Origin: a virus
Taxonomy: Duplodnaviria; Caudoviricetes
DNA length: 57,674 nt
Strand: one strand, 5' to 3'
Virus record (IMG/VR): IMGVR_UViG_3300023198_000698
Span: 1-57,674 of that record
Below are positions 38,013-46,629 of the stretch, in pieces. The position numbers were made by a program, and so were the translations under genes. The notes beneath the pieces are model-generated. The model was given only the letters and a program-made list of their open reading frames with translations. It was not told the DNA's origin and made no database searches. Each line of letters starts with the position of its first letter. Positions within the stretch are counted from its first letter, which is position 1.

Positions 38013-38051
38013 CCTCCCACCTTGGGAGGGGTCTCTCCCACCTTGGGAGAG
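38013..38051 (-). repeat. Two tandem AGG-triloop hairpins upstream of terS
   Basis: CTCCCACCTTGGGAG occurs twice on the plus strand. Confidence 0.7.
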
Positions 38052-38127
38052 CGTCCCTACTGTGCATCATGTTTATGTGGCTGGCAAGATCAGAGGATCG
38101 AACGGAGCGGTTTTAGGGATCGAACAA

Positions 38128-38490
38128 TTATCCCGCCGGTTTCCCGATGGCTCTGCGGTAGGCGGTGAAGGCGTCAAAAACTAACTTCTGTTGGTCAATT
38201 CCAGCTCCCTGCCCGGCCACGATTGTGTCCGTCACTTCCTGCATCCACGCTTCCAGTGCTTGTTCCTGTTCTGTCAGGCGGACCTTTAGCTGGAAGGGTT
38301 TGCTGACGATTACAGACGGGTCTCCACCCGGAACTCCTTCGGAGCGTTCAATCCCCACCGGCTCACACAGGTGGTCTTTGATGGCGGTGAGTTCTTTGAT
38401 CCAACGCCAGTATGTTGTAGCATTTTCATGCAATTCAGCTTCCGCTGCGTCTTGCCGCCACTTCTCCAGCAGTTCATCGATGGGTTTCAT
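38128..38490 (-). CDS. Hypothetical protein (lower GC)
   Basis: 120-aa ORF. Confidence 0.65.
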   Translation of the reverse strand: MKPIDELLEKWRQDAAEAELHENATTYWRWIKELTAIKDHLCEPVGIERSEGVPGGDPSVIVSKPFQLKVRLTEQEQALEAWMQEVTDTIVAGQGAGIDQQKLVFDAFTAYRRAIGKPAG

Positions 38491-38569
38491 GGGTTTTGTG
38501 GATCGTTTATCTAGTGAAGCCTCCCCTGATCCGTGCTGATCAGATCAGGGGAGTGCGGCTTGCGTTGTG

Positions 38570-39040
38570 TTAGTGCGATGTGGACGGTCGCCCGGGCATC
38601 GGGTAGCTCTTGGCCGGCATCTGCGGGTGACGTGACTCCTGCGCGGCGGCTTTGGCCTGCAGGGCGAGCGCGTCCCGGCTGGCTTTGGCTTCCGTGGAGA
38701 GGATCGCTCGCTTGACGGCGTGTTCGGCGGTCCCGCGCTTCCAGGCGACGGCGACGACCATGTCCGCGGACGTCCTCAGCTTCTCCAGGGTTGCGGGGAC
38801 GTCGATCCGGAAGGAGGCTCCTTCGCCCTTCCAGACGAGGCGCGGGTCCTTGCAGCGTTGCCGCTCGGCGGTGGTGCGGTTGTCGATCTTCACCTGATGC
38901 GGCTCGTCCGCGGTCGGGGCGATGTTGAACTGCTTCAGGGTCACACCCTGCTCTTGTCCGATGATGTCGGAGATGTGGGTCGCCCACGTTGTCCCCTTCG
39001 AATCGTTGAAGGTGGCCTCGATTGTTAATTTGTAGGTCAT
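38570..39040 (-). CDS. Hypothetical protein
   Basis: 156-aa ORF; start overlaps the stop of an alternative-frame ORF. Confidence 0.65.
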   Translation of the reverse strand: MTYKLTIEATFNDSKGTTWATHISDIIGQEQGVTLKQFNIAPTADEPHQVKIDNRTTAERQRCKDPRLVWKGEGASFRIDVPATLEKLRTSADMVVAVAWKRGTAEHAVKRAILSTEAKASRDALALQAKAAAQESRHPQMPAKSYPMPGRPSTSH

Positions 39041-39046
39041 GGAATT

Positions 39047-39658
39047 TTATCTGTTTCGTTCGTCTTCCTTGGTGGTTTGGTCCTGTAAAATCGGTTCGCG
39101 GCCGCCGTAGCGGTAAACCAAGGCTCGGATGAAGCTCTCCTTCTTCTGCTGCAGGACCTCGGACTTGAATTGTCCGCAGTATCCTTGACGGTCGACATGG
39201 CTCCCGTCCTTGAACATATAACACCATGCGCCAGGGTGGTAGGTCGGCGTCCCGGGCTTCTGGACGTGATCGCAGGCATGGCAGATGCCGTGCCCAACGG
39301 CGGTCGATGCGTAGTGCTCCTTCTCCATGTCGTCCTTGCAGCCGTCGCAGATCCCTTGAGTCTCCCCGGGTGGCAGCTTGGCCCCCGGGAAACACCATGA
39401 GCAGCGGCAGTCTACGACCTCAAAGTCTGCTCCGTCGCTGGCTTCGCATAGCCGGCGCCAAGCGTCCCCGACGTCGATCTGGGTCGTGGTGCCCTCTTCG
39501 AGGTTGCGCTCGACCCAGTCCATCGCGAGATCGGTCAGGTCCGACCGGACGGTCCGGAGGGTCATGATCGGCTGGTATTCGGCGTTCCCGTGTCGGTCGG
39601 TCGTGAGCCGGCGGATAGAGTAGGTCCGCCCGGGTCCCATTGATTGGCTAGCCTTCAT
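39047..39658 (-). CDS. Cys-rich (Zn-finger) hypothetical protein
   Basis: CSWC, CDGC, CHAC and further Cys. Confidence 0.65.
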   Translation of the reverse strand: MKASQSMGPGRTYSIRRLTTDRHGNAEYQPIMTLRTVRSDLTDLAMDWVERNLEEGTTTQIDVGDAWRRLCEASDGADFEVVDCRCSWCFPGAKLPPGETQGICDGCKDDMEKEHYASTAVGHGICHACDHVQKPGTPTYHPGAWCYMFKDGSHVDRQGYCGQFKSEVLQQKKESFIRALVYRYGGREPILQDQTTKEDERNR

Positions 39659-39860
39659 GTTGTCCTTTCTGTCCGTTCATTATTGCTTGCATTGCCTTCT
39701 TGACCTTTGGGTCTTCCGGGTCCGCCTTCGCGGCGTCCAGGATGTGCATTCCTGCCGACATGTGCGCCCTGTATCTTGCGCCGTTGTCGAGTGTTTCATT
39801 TCTGGCGATAGCGTAGTCCATTCTCGCCATTTGTAAAGAGTGGGAAGCGGCTGGGTTCAT
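39648..39860 (-). CDS. Hypothetical protein
   Basis: 70 aa with AAGGA SD. Confidence 0.6.
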   Translation of the reverse strand: MNPAASHSLQMARMDYAIARNETLDNGARYRAHMSAGMHILDAAKADPEDPKVKKAMQAIMNGQKGQHEG

Positions 39861-39867
39861 GGTTCCT

Positions 39868-40299
39868 TTATCCTGCGATCGCCTTCGCGAGCGCGATCGT
39901 TTCCGGGTCGTTGGTTACGTCTTCCGGGTTGTGCATCGTGGGTGATAACGTGACCTGCAGCGTTCCGGGTTTTACCCCGTAAGCTCCAGCCTTGGCGGCT
40001 AGGAACTGCCTGAGGTGATTGGCGGATCGGATCTCCTTCGACGTCTTGCCCAGGTCTTCGGTCCTGAAGACGATCCGGACCTTGTCCCAGGAGACGGTCA
40101 GGTTGAATGTCTGATCCGCGAGCGGGTCCCGCGGCTTCGGTGGCGCCGGCGCCTTGTAGCCGATCGCGTCCCGCGCCTGCTCCAGTGCCTTCGGGTCGTG
40201 CTGCTCCAGGAAGGCGCGGGTGTGCGGCGTGAGGATCAGGACCTCGATCGCCTTCTTCATCTTCCGGCGTTGTGCTTCTCTTGCTTCGGTGGTTTTCAT
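39868..40299 (-). CDS. Hypothetical protein
   Basis: 143-aa ORF. Confidence 0.65.
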   Translation of the reverse strand: MKTTEAREAQRRKMKKAIEVLILTPHTRAFLEQHDPKALEQARDAIGYKAPAPPKPRDPLADQTFNLTVSWDKVRIVFRTEDLGKTSKEIRSANHLRQFLAAKAGAYGVKPGTLQVTLSPTMHNPEDVTNDPETIALAKAIAG

Positions 40300-40336
40300 G
40301 ATCTGATATTGGTTGAGTGTTTTCGTTTGATTCGGT

Positions 40337-40975
40337 TTAGCTTCGGCCTTCTTCGCGGACTAGCCGACCGTATTCGGTCAGGTGCCAATGCTTGGAGGTT
40401 AGCCGGATGCGGGGGATCTGGTGAAGGCTGACAGGTTTTTTGTCGCCTTCCACTAGGTAAGCCTTCCACGTTCCGCGGGTTGAGTGGTTGTAGGTGACTC
40501 GGGTGTAAAGTCTCGCGCCGTCGTGTCGGGTGGCTTCGTGCATGTAAGTGTAGCGGCCGAGGCTGGCGCTCTGCTCGGCGGTCAGGTCTACGTTCGGCGC
40601 GTCTTTGAGCGCGAGCCGCTGCTTCTCATGGGGGACCGCGGCCGGCCGCTTGACTGAGTTGCACTCAATTACGACTTCCACATGGGAGATTACGAGGCCC
40701 TTAAACGCATTGGCGGCGGTCTCTTCGAACCACATGGCTCCGGGTTGGAAGGTCTTCAGGCCCTCGATCACGGCGTCCACAGTGGCGGCTGCGGCGATGT
40801 CGTGGCAGATCTGGACGAAGGCCGCATTCTCCGGATGCTTGGCGGCGTCGTTCGTGAAGGTATCCTGGAGGGCGCCGTTCGCGGCTTGGAAAGCCTTCAG
40901 GAGGGCCATATTCCCGCGGTGTCCGTGGGTGGCGAGTGTTTCGACTGCTTGCTTCAGGTATTGTGTGCTATTCAT
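40337..40975 (-). CDS. Hypothetical protein
   Basis: 212 aa with its own promoter and GGAGA SD. Confidence 0.75.
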   Translation of the reverse strand: MNSTQYLKQAVETLATHGHRGNMALLKAFQAANGALQDTFTNDAAKHPENAAFVQICHDIAAAATVDAVIEGLKTFQPGAMWFEETAANAFKGLVISHVEVVIECNSVKRPAAVPHEKQRLALKDAPNVDLTAEQSASLGRYTYMHEATRHDGARLYTRVTYNHSTRGTWKAYLVEGDKKPVSLHQIPRIRLTSKHWHLTEYGRLVREEGRS

Positions 40976-41023
40976 GATCTTTTTCTCCGTCGTTCGTTTG
41001 TTTCGTTTTCCGTCTCTGGTTTA

Positions 41024-41050
41024 CTATCGGCAGATCCCGGCAGGACTTTA
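41024..41050 (-). promoter_or_regulatory. Sigma-28-type promoter
   Basis: TAAA-N15-GCCGATAG. Confidence 0.8.
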
Positions 41051-41311
41051 GTCGGCCGGCGTCCAGTGTTGGAGCTTCATCCCGCGGTAGGCGATCCCGT
41101 AGGCTCGGCGGATGCCTTCCCGGTGTCCGACGCGGAGCGTGATGTCCGTCGCCTCGAGCTCCTCTTTCAGGGATGCCAGGACATGCTCCAGGACTTGCGC
41201 CGTGGTCCGCTGCTTCAGCTCGAAGATGGAAGCGTCCACCGTTCCGAGGCGAATCGCGAAGTGAAGCGCCTTCTCCCAGGGGGCTGAATTGTCTAAGTCT
41301 ATTCGTTTCAT
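41048..41311 (-). CDS. Hypothetical protein
   Basis: 87 aa; CGGAGACAAGATCATG start module. Confidence 0.7.
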   Translation of the reverse strand: MKRIDLDNSAPWEKALHFAIRLGTVDASIFELKQRTTAQVLEHVLASLKEELEATDITLRVGHREGIRRAYGIAYRGMKLQHWTPAD

Positions 41312-41327
41312 GATCTTGTCTCCGTGG

Positions 41328-41639
41328 TTATTCGGCTGTCAGGCCGAGGTTTTCGTCTTCCCATCCGTTCGCGATCGCGTCAACCATGCTGCAGAGGTGG
41401 CTGTTCAGAGCTGATTTGGCTGCGTCCGCGTTGTAAAATCTAGTTGCGTTGTAGCTCGGTCCCGGCTTCGTGATCGGCGCGGTCCTCATGATCGCCGCCC
41501 GGACCTTCCGGACCTGCGGCAGGGTGACCCCGTGAGCCTCGGCGGTGAGGCCGATCATCTGCCGGTCTTCGATCCCGCCTTCGACGAGATCCTTCGCGAT
41601 CGCCGCCGCCTTCGTCCGATTCATTGTCTTCGCTCTCAT
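41328..41639 (-). CDS. Hypothetical protein, possible HTH
   Basis: 103-aa ORF. Confidence 0.6.
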   Translation of the reverse strand: MRAKTMNRTKAAAIAKDLVEGGIEDRQMIGLTAEAHGVTLPQVRKVRAAIMRTAPITKPGPSYNATRFYNADAAKSALNSHLCSMVDAIANGWEDENLGLTAE

Positions 41640-41650
41640 GGGGGCCTCGG

Positions 41651-41752
41651 TTACAGGATCGCCAGGACAACGAAGCCGATCCCGATGATCGTTCCGATGA
41701 TTAGGGTCAGATTCGCCTTCGCGGCTTCGAGCAGGTCTTCGGTTCGGTTCAT
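41651..41752 (-). CDS. 33-aa single-TM peptide (not in the ORF track)
   Basis: MNRTEDLLEAAKANLTLIIGTIIGIGFVVLAIL directly under the promoter at 41798. Confidence 0.6.
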   Translation of the reverse strand: MNRTEDLLEAAKANLTLIIGTIIGIGFVVLAIL

Positions 41753-41797
41753 GTCGTTCTTTCGGTTCGGTCGTTTCGTTATCCGTCTCTGGTTATG

Positions 41798-41824
41798 TTA
41801 TCGGCAGGCCGGCGGGGAACTTTA
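41798..41824 (-). promoter_or_regulatory. Sigma-28-type promoter
   Basis: TAAAGTT...(N15)-GCCGATAA, perfect consensus. Confidence 0.85.
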
Positions 41825-41845
41825 GCCCCCGCCTGCCGTTTTTCT

Positions 41846-42097
41846 TTACCGGACCCCGATCCATTCGTAGGTGGCCAGATCCATGTCGCGGAGGACGTCG
41901 TAGCTCGGGACGATCGCTACGTTCCCGGCCTCGACTTGGGAGGCGAGGAAGAGGACGAGGGCGGTCGCTCGGGGACCTTGGCAGGCGCCGACATGGCGCT
42001 GGAGGCGTTCGAGGCTGATAAAGGGATGCTTCTTGATGGTCGCGATGATTTTTGCGTTCATGATCTTGTCTCCGGTTTTTTCGTTGTTCTCGTTCAC
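41846..42097 (-). CDS. Hypothetical protein (GTG 42097 or ATG 42061)
   Basis: Own promoter and repeated SD module. Confidence 0.7.
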   Translation of the reverse strand: MNENNEKTGDKIMNAKIIATIKKHPFISLERLQRHVGACQGPRATALVLFLASQVEAGNVAIVPSYDVLRDMDLATYEWIGVR

Positions 42098-42104
42098 ACC
42101 TATA

Positions 42105-42131
42105 ATATCGGCAGGACCGCTGGGAACTTTA
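42105..42131 (-). promoter_or_regulatory. Sigma-28-type promoter
   Basis: TAAA-N15-GCCGATAT. Confidence 0.82.
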
Positions 42132-42157
42132 GCGTCCCCGCAGGTCCTTGATTTGTA

Positions 42158-42376
42158 TCAGCTTAGCTCGCGAGCTTTGAGGGTGACGGGGCCGTCTTGG
42201 CGGTCGTATCCGGATCGTTCCAGGTCGCGGCGAGCGAGCTTGACGGCGTCGGCCTTGGTGGCGGCTTCGTATTCGTCCACGCTCGGCTGCTCATGGAGGG
42301 CGGGGAACTTCGCGGTGATCGTGACTTCGTAGCGTTTCATCTGTTTTCCTTCGGTTTTTTCGATTGTTCCGTTCAC
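42158..42376 (-). CDS. Hypothetical protein (GTG 42376 or ATG 42340)
   Basis: Own promoter. Confidence 0.7.
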   Translation of the reverse strand: MNGTIEKTEGKQMKRYEVTITAKFPALHEQPSVDEYEAATKADAVKLARRDLERSGYDRQDGPVTLKARELS

Positions 42377-42383
42377 GCTTATA

Positions 42384-42410
42384 CTATCGGCAGATCCGCG
42401 GGAGACTTTA
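42384..42410 (-). promoter_or_regulatory. Sigma-28-type promoter
   Basis: TAAA-N15-GCCGATAG. Confidence 0.82.
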
Positions 42411-42442
42411 GCGCCTCCCGCAGGCCCCTGCCTTTGAAGATC

Positions 42443-42697
42443 TTAGGCGGCTTCGCCGGCCAGCGTCCCGGCTTCCTCGGCGTTCCGCAGGTAGGCGCGG
42501 ATGTCGGAGATGTTCACATATCCGTCGAGGCGGTCGCCGCATCGGAATTTAGAGCTTGCGAGGTGGCTGCGGAGGTCGTCGAGGCCCTGCTTCACGGCGG
42601 CGAGTTCTTTTTTGGCGGCGGCGGCTTCGAGCTGGAGGCGTTTGATGTAGTTCATCTTGTTTCCTTCGGTCTTCGGTGTTTCGTTTATTCCGTTCAC
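42443..42697 (-). CDS. Hypothetical protein (GTG 42697 or ATG 42655)
   Basis: Own promoter. Confidence 0.7.
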   Translation of the reverse strand: MNGINETPKTEGNKMNYIKRLQLEAAAAKKELAAVKQGLDDLRSHLASSKFRCGDRLDGYVNISDIRAYLRNAEEAGTLAGEAA

Positions 42698-42704
42698 ACC
42701 TATA

Positions 42705-42731
42705 CCATCGGAAGAACTCCGCGGAACTTTA
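42705..42731 (-). promoter_or_regulatory. Sigma-28-type promoter
   Basis: TAAA-N15-TCCGATGG. Confidence 0.72.
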
Positions 42732-42739
42732 GCCTGATT

Positions 42740-44143
42740 TTAATCTTCTCGGAAGTGCTTCTGCCAGAGGCGTCCCAGGACCTCGATCGCGAGGCTCCCC
42801 TGCTTCGCCTTGCCTTCTCCGTCGATCAGCCGGCCGGCGAGGGCGCCCTTGGCCAGGACGCAGCGGTCGACCTCCTCGTCCACGGAGAACATCCGCGGCC
42901 ATATCGCCGTCACTGGATTGAATTGTCCTGCTCGGTGGGCGCGGTCCTCCGCCTGCTCGGCGTCCGCCAGGGTCCAGGGGCGATCGACAAGGATGATGTA
43001 GGACGCCCGGGTGAGGTTCAGGCCGACGCCGCCGGCGTAGGTGAAGGAGACCGCCTTCGATGCGCCATCCTGGAAGCCGTCCACGATCTCCTGCCGGCGC
43101 TTCTTGGTGGTCTCCCCGGTGAAGATCGGGACGCGGAGGCTGGCGCCGATCGTCTCCGCGGTCTCGATGTAGGCCGAGAACAGAAGGACGGAGTGTCCTT
43201 GCCCGATCAGGTCTTGAGCCAGGGTGACGACGTGCGGGACCTTCCAGGCCGAGCAGAGCATCCGGGTTTGCGAGAGCGCGGTGATCGCCAGGGTCCCCGG
43301 GTCTCCGCCTTCCTCCGCCTTCTCTCTGGCGTCGTCGATCGCCCGGGAGAGTGCTCGCCTGTAGTCCACCGCCTCCTCTTGGCTCGGCTCGATCTCTAGG
43401 ATCTGGCGCGTCTTCGGTGGCAGGTCCAGGCAATCCTTCTTCAGCCGGCGGATCGTAAACGGCGCCATGATGCCGTGAAGCTCCTCGATGTTTGTCGCTC
43501 CGGAGTTCTCCCAGAAGTGAATCGTCTTCCCGGTTTTCTTCTGAATCTTCCGCAGGTGGCCGGCGCAATAACGCTTGTCGTAGTCGGTTGATCGGTCGGC
43601 GATCTCATGTCCGAGAGCGCGGAGGATCGGGAACAGCTCACGCGCTCTGCCGTTCCGGGTCGGTGTTCCGGAGACCGCGAAGACTGCGGCAGCATGTTTC
43701 GCCCAATCCAGGAACCGCTTCGTCCGGACGGACTTCATGGACTGGATCTGCTGGACTTCGTCCCCTACCAGAACGAACGGGAAGTCTCCGCCGAACATCT
43801 CGAACATCGGCTCCGGGATGCTGGCCCAGGAGAACGTCGAGACGCGGACCCCGACGATCCGGGCCTCTCGCTGCCAGTTCGTTGTCAGGCTCGCGGGACA
43901 CGCGACGAAGACGGGGAGGTTCATCCATCGCTGGATCTCCAAGCAAGCCAGCAGGACGGAGCGCGTCTTGCCGGTCCCCATCTCGGATGCGAGCAGGATT
44001 CGGCCGTCTCGGAGCATCTGCTCGGCGTCCTCGATCTGGTGGGCGAACGGCTTGGAGCCGTCCTTGAATTCGAAGCCGTGGAGGCCGGCGGTCTCGATCA
44101 GGTTCCAGCGGCTCCACTCTTTGCGGCGTTCTTCGAAGGTCAT
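42740..44143 (-). CDS. SNF2-family helicase
   Basis: EMGTGKT, GDEVQ, SGTP, GVGLNLT, QAEDRAHRAGQ; ATG overlaps the vWA gene TGA. Confidence 0.9.
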   Translation of the reverse strand: MTFEERRKEWSRWNLIETAGLHGFEFKDGSKPFAHQIEDAEQMLRDGRILLASEMGTGKTRSVLLACLEIQRWMNLPVFVACPASLTTNWQREARIVGVRVSTFSWASIPEPMFEMFGGDFPFVLVGDEVQQIQSMKSVRTKRFLDWAKHAAAVFAVSGTPTRNGRARELFPILRALGHEIADRSTDYDKRYCAGHLRKIQKKTGKTIHFWENSGATNIEELHGIMAPFTIRRLKKDCLDLPPKTRQILEIEPSQEEAVDYRRALSRAIDDAREKAEEGGDPGTLAITALSQTRMLCSAWKVPHVVTLAQDLIGQGHSVLLFSAYIETAETIGASLRVPIFTGETTKKRRQEIVDGFQDGASKAVSFTYAGGVGLNLTRASYIILVDRPWTLADAEQAEDRAHRAGQFNPVTAIWPRMFSVDEEVDRCVLAKGALAGRLIDGEGKAKQGSLAIEVLGRLWQKHFRED

Positions 44144-45546
44144 TCCACCGCCTCCAGGCAGGTCCCGAAGTTCGGCTTGCCGTAGCGCCAGTCGTGCTGC
44201 GCGGTCTTGACCCAGAAGCAAGGGACGCCAGGGTTCACGACGGCCGTCATGGGGAGATACATGTCCGAGATCACGATCACCCAGGCCCACTCTTTCGCGC
44301 CGGCTTGGTAGCCGATCTGAGTCAGGGCGGGATTCAGGTCCGTCCCGCCGCGTCCATACCATTCGGTCGGGACCTTGATCGGGAAGTCCGCCGCGGTGAA
44401 CTTCTTCTCTTCGCCGACGATCCGCGTGTCGCACTGGATCAGACTGATCTCTGCGCCGGCGAATTCGCGGACGATCTCTTCGATCCGGGCGAGGGTGCTG
44501 TCCATCTCTTTCGCGGACATGCTACCGGACGTATCGACGAGGACGACGCCCTTCCCATTATTCCGATCGACGTTCGACGGCATGATCACGTCCGAGCGCC
44601 AGGAGGACTTCCGGTTCGCCCGGGAGTAGCTCTGGCCATCGTCGCCGAGTTCCTGCATGAGGTTCTTCAGGTGGTGGAACCACTGGACGCGGTTCTTGGA
44701 GGCGAGCGCCTGCTGCATTTGCTTGGCCCAACCGGGCGAATTGCCGGCCATCTCCGCCGCCAGGATACCCTCGGAGACGATCTCTTCCCAGGTCTGCTCC
44801 GCCTGCTGGACTTCCTCAGGCTTGACTTCGAGGACTTCGCCGACGTCGCCTTCTCCCGCGGTGGCCGGATCGAAGGTCTTTTCGCCTTTGTTTTCGCCCT
44901 GCTCGCTGCCGGGATTCGATTCTCCGCCACTTTGATCGGGTGAGCTGCTAGATCCATCGTCTTTTTGATCGGGATCGCTCTCCGTCGATTCTCCGGACTC
45001 TCCGGGATAGCCGTCTTTATCGTCGAGCTGATCGCCTTCGCCCTGCTCGCCGGCGTCCGATTTGTCCTCTGACTTGTCTTCCGACTTGTCCTGCTCCTGC
45101 TGGCTCTTCTGGAGTTCCTTCAGGTAGAATTCGGCGTCCTTGTTGATCGGCAGCTCGGCGAACGATCCCATCCCCGGGAAGCATCCCAGAGCGCGGAGGC
45201 GATCAGGGCAGCGGCCCTGTATCAGCCAGTTAGCGGCGAGGTCGAAAGCTTGGTTCCGGATCTCCTTGTCGGCGCCGAGGCATCGGAAGTGATGGCCGAG
45301 GAAAACATGAGCGGCTTCGTGAAGGACGACCCAAGCGGCTTCTTCGTTCGTCATCCAGTCCACGAAGGAGCGGTTCCAGAACAGCTCTCCGCCGTTCGTC
45401 GTCATCGTGTCGGTGATCTTGTTGTCTTCGCGGACCGTCCACTGGGCGCGGACAGAGGTGAAGCAGGGGAAGTCTTCGATCAGGCGGTCGAGCGCCCGGG
45501 TGATCTTCGTCTCTGCCTTCGTGATCGTGATTTTGTTTCCGTTCAT
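44140..45546 (-). CDS. Metallopeptidase-vWA protein (DUF2201-like)
   Basis: HEAAH..GH, acidic linker, MIDAS DTSGS, GRGGTD, ISD; ATG at the predicted +1. Confidence 0.88.
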   Translation of the reverse strand: MNGNKITITKAETKITRALDRLIEDFPCFTSVRAQWTVREDNKITDTMTTNGGELFWNRSFVDWMTNEEAAWVVLHEAAHVFLGHHFRCLGADKEIRNQAFDLAANWLIQGRCPDRLRALGCFPGMGSFAELPINKDAEFYLKELQKSQQEQDKSEDKSEDKSDAGEQGEGDQLDDKDGYPGESGESTESDPDQKDDGSSSSPDQSGGESNPGSEQGENKGEKTFDPATAGEGDVGEVLEVKPEEVQQAEQTWEEIVSEGILAAEMAGNSPGWAKQMQQALASKNRVQWFHHLKNLMQELGDDGQSYSRANRKSSWRSDVIMPSNVDRNNGKGVVLVDTSGSMSAKEMDSTLARIEEIVREFAGAEISLIQCDTRIVGEEKKFTAADFPIKVPTEWYGRGGTDLNPALTQIGYQAGAKEWAWVIVISDMYLPMTAVVNPGVPCFWVKTAQHDWRYGKPNFGTCLEAVE

Positions 45547-45553
45547 GGTAGTA

Positions 45554-45580
45554 ATATCGGCGCGGCAGCGGAAAACTTCA
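45554..45580 (-). promoter_or_regulatory. Sigma-28-type promoter (leaderless ATG)
   Basis: TGAAGTTT...(N15)-GCCGATAT. Confidence 0.75.
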
Positions 45581-45626
45581 CCTTTTATTGTCAGAAATTT
45601 GTGCCTCTTTTTCTGACATTGAGTGT

Positions 45627-45980
45627 CTACTTTTTGGACAGCTCTCGGAGCGCGGCTTCTAGCTGGTTCACCGCCTCGGACAGGGTCCCGGGCAGCGCCT
45701 GAGAATGCCGGCGTCCGGATCGCGGCGGCGGGATCTCCATCTCGATCGTCTCGATCGCCGACCTGATCAGACCCTCGGCGGTGGGCGGCGGGGTGGTGAT
45801 GTGGCTCGCGACCCAAGCCTTGCAGTCCCGGAGCGTCGTCCGGTCATGCAGCGGCTTGCATTCGGCGCCCTGGAAAACTGCGTAGCAACGGACATGGTCG
45901 TCGCTCAGATTCACGATGCAGATGTCCGGATAGGCCGACGACCTCCAAGCGGTCGGGGTAGTCTTTTTCCATGTTGCCAT
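45627..45980 (-). CDS. Hypothetical protein
   Basis: 117 aa; TAATG coupling. Confidence 0.65.
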   Translation of the reverse strand: MATWKKTTPTAWRSSAYPDICIVNLSDDHVRCYAVFQGAECKPLHDRTTLRDCKAWVASHITTPPPTAEGLIRSAIETIEMEIPPPRSGRRHSQALPGTLSEAVNQLEAALRELSKK

Positions 45981-46564
45981 TATTCGGCCTCCTGGACTTC
46001 GCGGATCGCCTTCAGGACCTTCGCGAGGTTCTTGTTGTTCACTTGGACGGAGACGATCGACTCGCCAGACGTCGGCTGCATGTCAACCTTGACCGCGTGA
46101 GCCGGGAAGAAGACGGAGTCGCCCCTGTTCTCGGTGTCCGCGATCTCCGGGAAGACTTTCCCGATGATCGCCGTCCGCTCTCGGAGGCGGAAGCTGGCCT
46201 GCTTCTCCAGGGTCTCCCGGTTGTGCATGTCGAGGGTCAAGCGGTCGAAGTTCTGGGCGAACTCTCTGGCGATCTTGAATGTCTTTTCGTCTGTAACCTT
46301 CCGGATCTTGCGGAGACCTCCGCGGCCGTAGCTCTTGCGCCATTCGATCTCTGCGGTGTCGCTGATGTGGTTCCAGCGGACGGCGATCAGCTCGCGGACA
46401 TGGCGACCGAAGGAGCCGCTCTTCTCCAGGGTGACGAAGCCCCGGGGGATCTTGGTCCCTTTGTTAGCGATCATCTCGGGCTGGCCGGACGGCATGTAGC
46501 CTTTAACGGTGTTCGCGATCTGGTCGATGATGCTGTTCACTGTTTTGATCTGGTCTAGGTTCAT
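45980..46564 (-). CDS. Hypothetical protein (MNLDQIK...)
   Basis: Start reassigned to 46564 after an A-rich leader. Confidence 0.7.
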   Translation of the reverse strand: MNLDQIKTVNSIIDQIANTVKGYMPSGQPEMIANKGTKIPRGFVTLEKSGSFGRHVRELIAVRWNHISDTAEIEWRKSYGRGGLRKIRKVTDEKTFKIAREFAQNFDRLTLDMHNRETLEKQASFRLRERTAIIGKVFPEIADTENRGDSVFFPAHAVKVDMQPTSGESIVSVQVNNKNLAKVLKAIREVQEAE

Positions 46565-46629
46565 GGTCTTTTCTTTCTTGGTTGGGGAAGGGAGGCTTCC
46601 TTGCCTGCCCTTCCCGGGTTGGGCAGTTC

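Noticed and set aside
41499-41511. CCGGA-AGG-TCCGG triloop hairpin
   Set aside because: Lies inside a CDS and is explained by the codons for VRKVR; shows the motif can arise by chance
45055-45095. DKSE coding repeats in the vWA linker
   Set aside because: Ordinary low-complexity linker expansion
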